A DNA stretch of 16,526 nt from a candidate division WOR-3 bacterium (GTDB lineage: Bacteria > Hydrothermota > Tepidihabitantia > SM23-42 > JAOAFX01): contig JBBILZ010000053.1 of assembly GCA_037444665.1 (NCBI GenBank), positions 1 to 16,526 on the forward strand, in the 5' to 3' direction. Under the pieces are notes generated by a model. That model saw only the letters and a program-made list of their open reading frames with translations, was not told the origin of the DNA and made no database searches. Shown here in pieces: positions 15,705 to 16,526 of the stretch (positions are counted from its first letter, which is position 1; every line of letters starts with the position of its first letter). A program made the position numbers and the translations under genes.

Positions 15705-16526
15705 ATGAAGAGAATATTATTATTTGGGTTAATAATAATAAGCATGATTTGGGCAAACCAGACCAGGATGAATACCCTGATGTCAGGTGATTATATTGAT
15801 GATGTCGTAAACATCGGCATCTATCCTCAGCATATTAATATCTTTCCGAATACTTTTTATGGTGACATCATCTCATCAACTACTGACTTTGGAATGGTTA
15901 TGATGCCTGTAGAAAAATACGGTGGTATTGCTATCTGGCAACATAAAAACTTCCATATTGGCTATGGAATTACTGTGCGTAAATTTGAACTCGGCATTAT
16001 GGGATGTCCGGTCAAAGACCACAATCGCTTTGGTCTGGGAATCGGTTATTCAACATTCAATTCACGGATTGATATTTCAGGAATAATCAACAATGAGACG
16101 AATCTCAACGAAGGATTCAATATTAACCTGAGGATATTAAAACGAAAGAGCGAGTATATTCTTATACCAAGATATTCAGTGAATATCCTGTCTGAACCCT
16201 ATGATTATCAGAGCCATAATATTGGATTAGCCCTGCAAAAACTCATACTCAATGACGGTTTTGTTATTTTAGGAGCAGAATATCTTTTAGAGCAAGGAGA
16301 TATTGAGGCAGACCTTGCCTATTGTTTTGCTGGTTTTGAACTTCCTTTGAACAAAACATTTTGTTTGAGAATGGGCGGCCGTGAGAAATTCAATGAAGAT
16401 TTTGTTCCTATTGAATGGCAGGTTGAACCGGGTATTGGTCTGCGCATAAGGGAATTCAATCTTGATTTTCATCTTAATCAAGAACGGCTTTTTGATAAAA
16501 ACCTGACATTTTTTAAATCATTCGGT
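15705..16526 (+). CDS. Putative outer-membrane beta-barrel protein (FadL/PorV-like), 3'-truncated by the window edge; absent from the ORF track
   Basis: My translation is open for 274 codons: MKRILLFGLIIISMIWANQTRMNTLMSGDYIDDVVNIGIYPQ...FVILGAEY...FAGFELPLNKTFCLRMGGRE...PGIGLRIREFNLDFHL...FFKSFG. It has a signal peptide and alternating amphipathic strands. Confidence 0.75.
   Translation, partial: MKRILLFGLIIISMIWANQTRMNTLMSGDYIDDVVNIGIYPQHINIFPNTFYGDIISSTTDFGMVMMPVEKYGGIAIWQHKNFHIGYGITVRKFELGIMGCPVKDHNRFGLGIGYSTFNSRIDISGIINNETNLNEGFNINLRILKRKSEYILIPRYSVNILSEPYDYQSHNIGLALQKLILNDGFVILGAEYLLEQGDIEADLAYCFAGFELPLNKTFCLRMGGREKFNEDFVPIEWQVEPGIGLRIREFNLDFHLNQERLFDKNLTFFKSFG

Noticed and set aside
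81..16481. Short antisense or alternate-frame ORFs in the track (e.g. 81-299, 2682-2951, 5138-6256 set, 7188-7553, 8740-9181, 13219-14451, 16287-16481)
   Set aside because: They overlap well-supported genes and show no recognisable motifs or initiation signals.

Overview
AT-rich bacterial chromosome segment, most consistent with a diderm FCB-affiliated lineage such as WOR-3 (inferred from gene style, not proven). Plus strand: a secreted protein with a T9SS/FlgD-type C-terminal domain, a small exported hypothetical protein, and a partial outer-membrane beta-barrel gene at the right edge that the ORF track misses. Minus strand, in transcription order: sppA with an unusual N-terminal beta-barrel-like domain, DUF1844, a DUF2723 (TMEM260-like) glycosyltransferase, a TonB-dependent/OMP barrel receptor, an orphan sigma54-type response regulator, and pyrG-acyltransferase-lptC-lptA-lptB. 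The most notable signals are regulatory and non-coding. Five sigma70-type promoters all have a 16-bp spacer, and four sit only 6-8 nt from the ATG (apparently leaderless mRNAs), including pyrG, which has CCC just before the ATG. Two ECF-sigma-type promoters are present, one a perfect SigW consensus in front of sppA. There is a REP pair nested inside a second REP pair with compensatory stem changes, a composite palindromic element, a perfect 22-bp AT-rich inverted repeat, and a hairpin plus 7-mer and 8-mer microrepeats read in frame inside the secretion-signal domain. No CRISPR array, rRNA, tRNA or transposase gene was seen.
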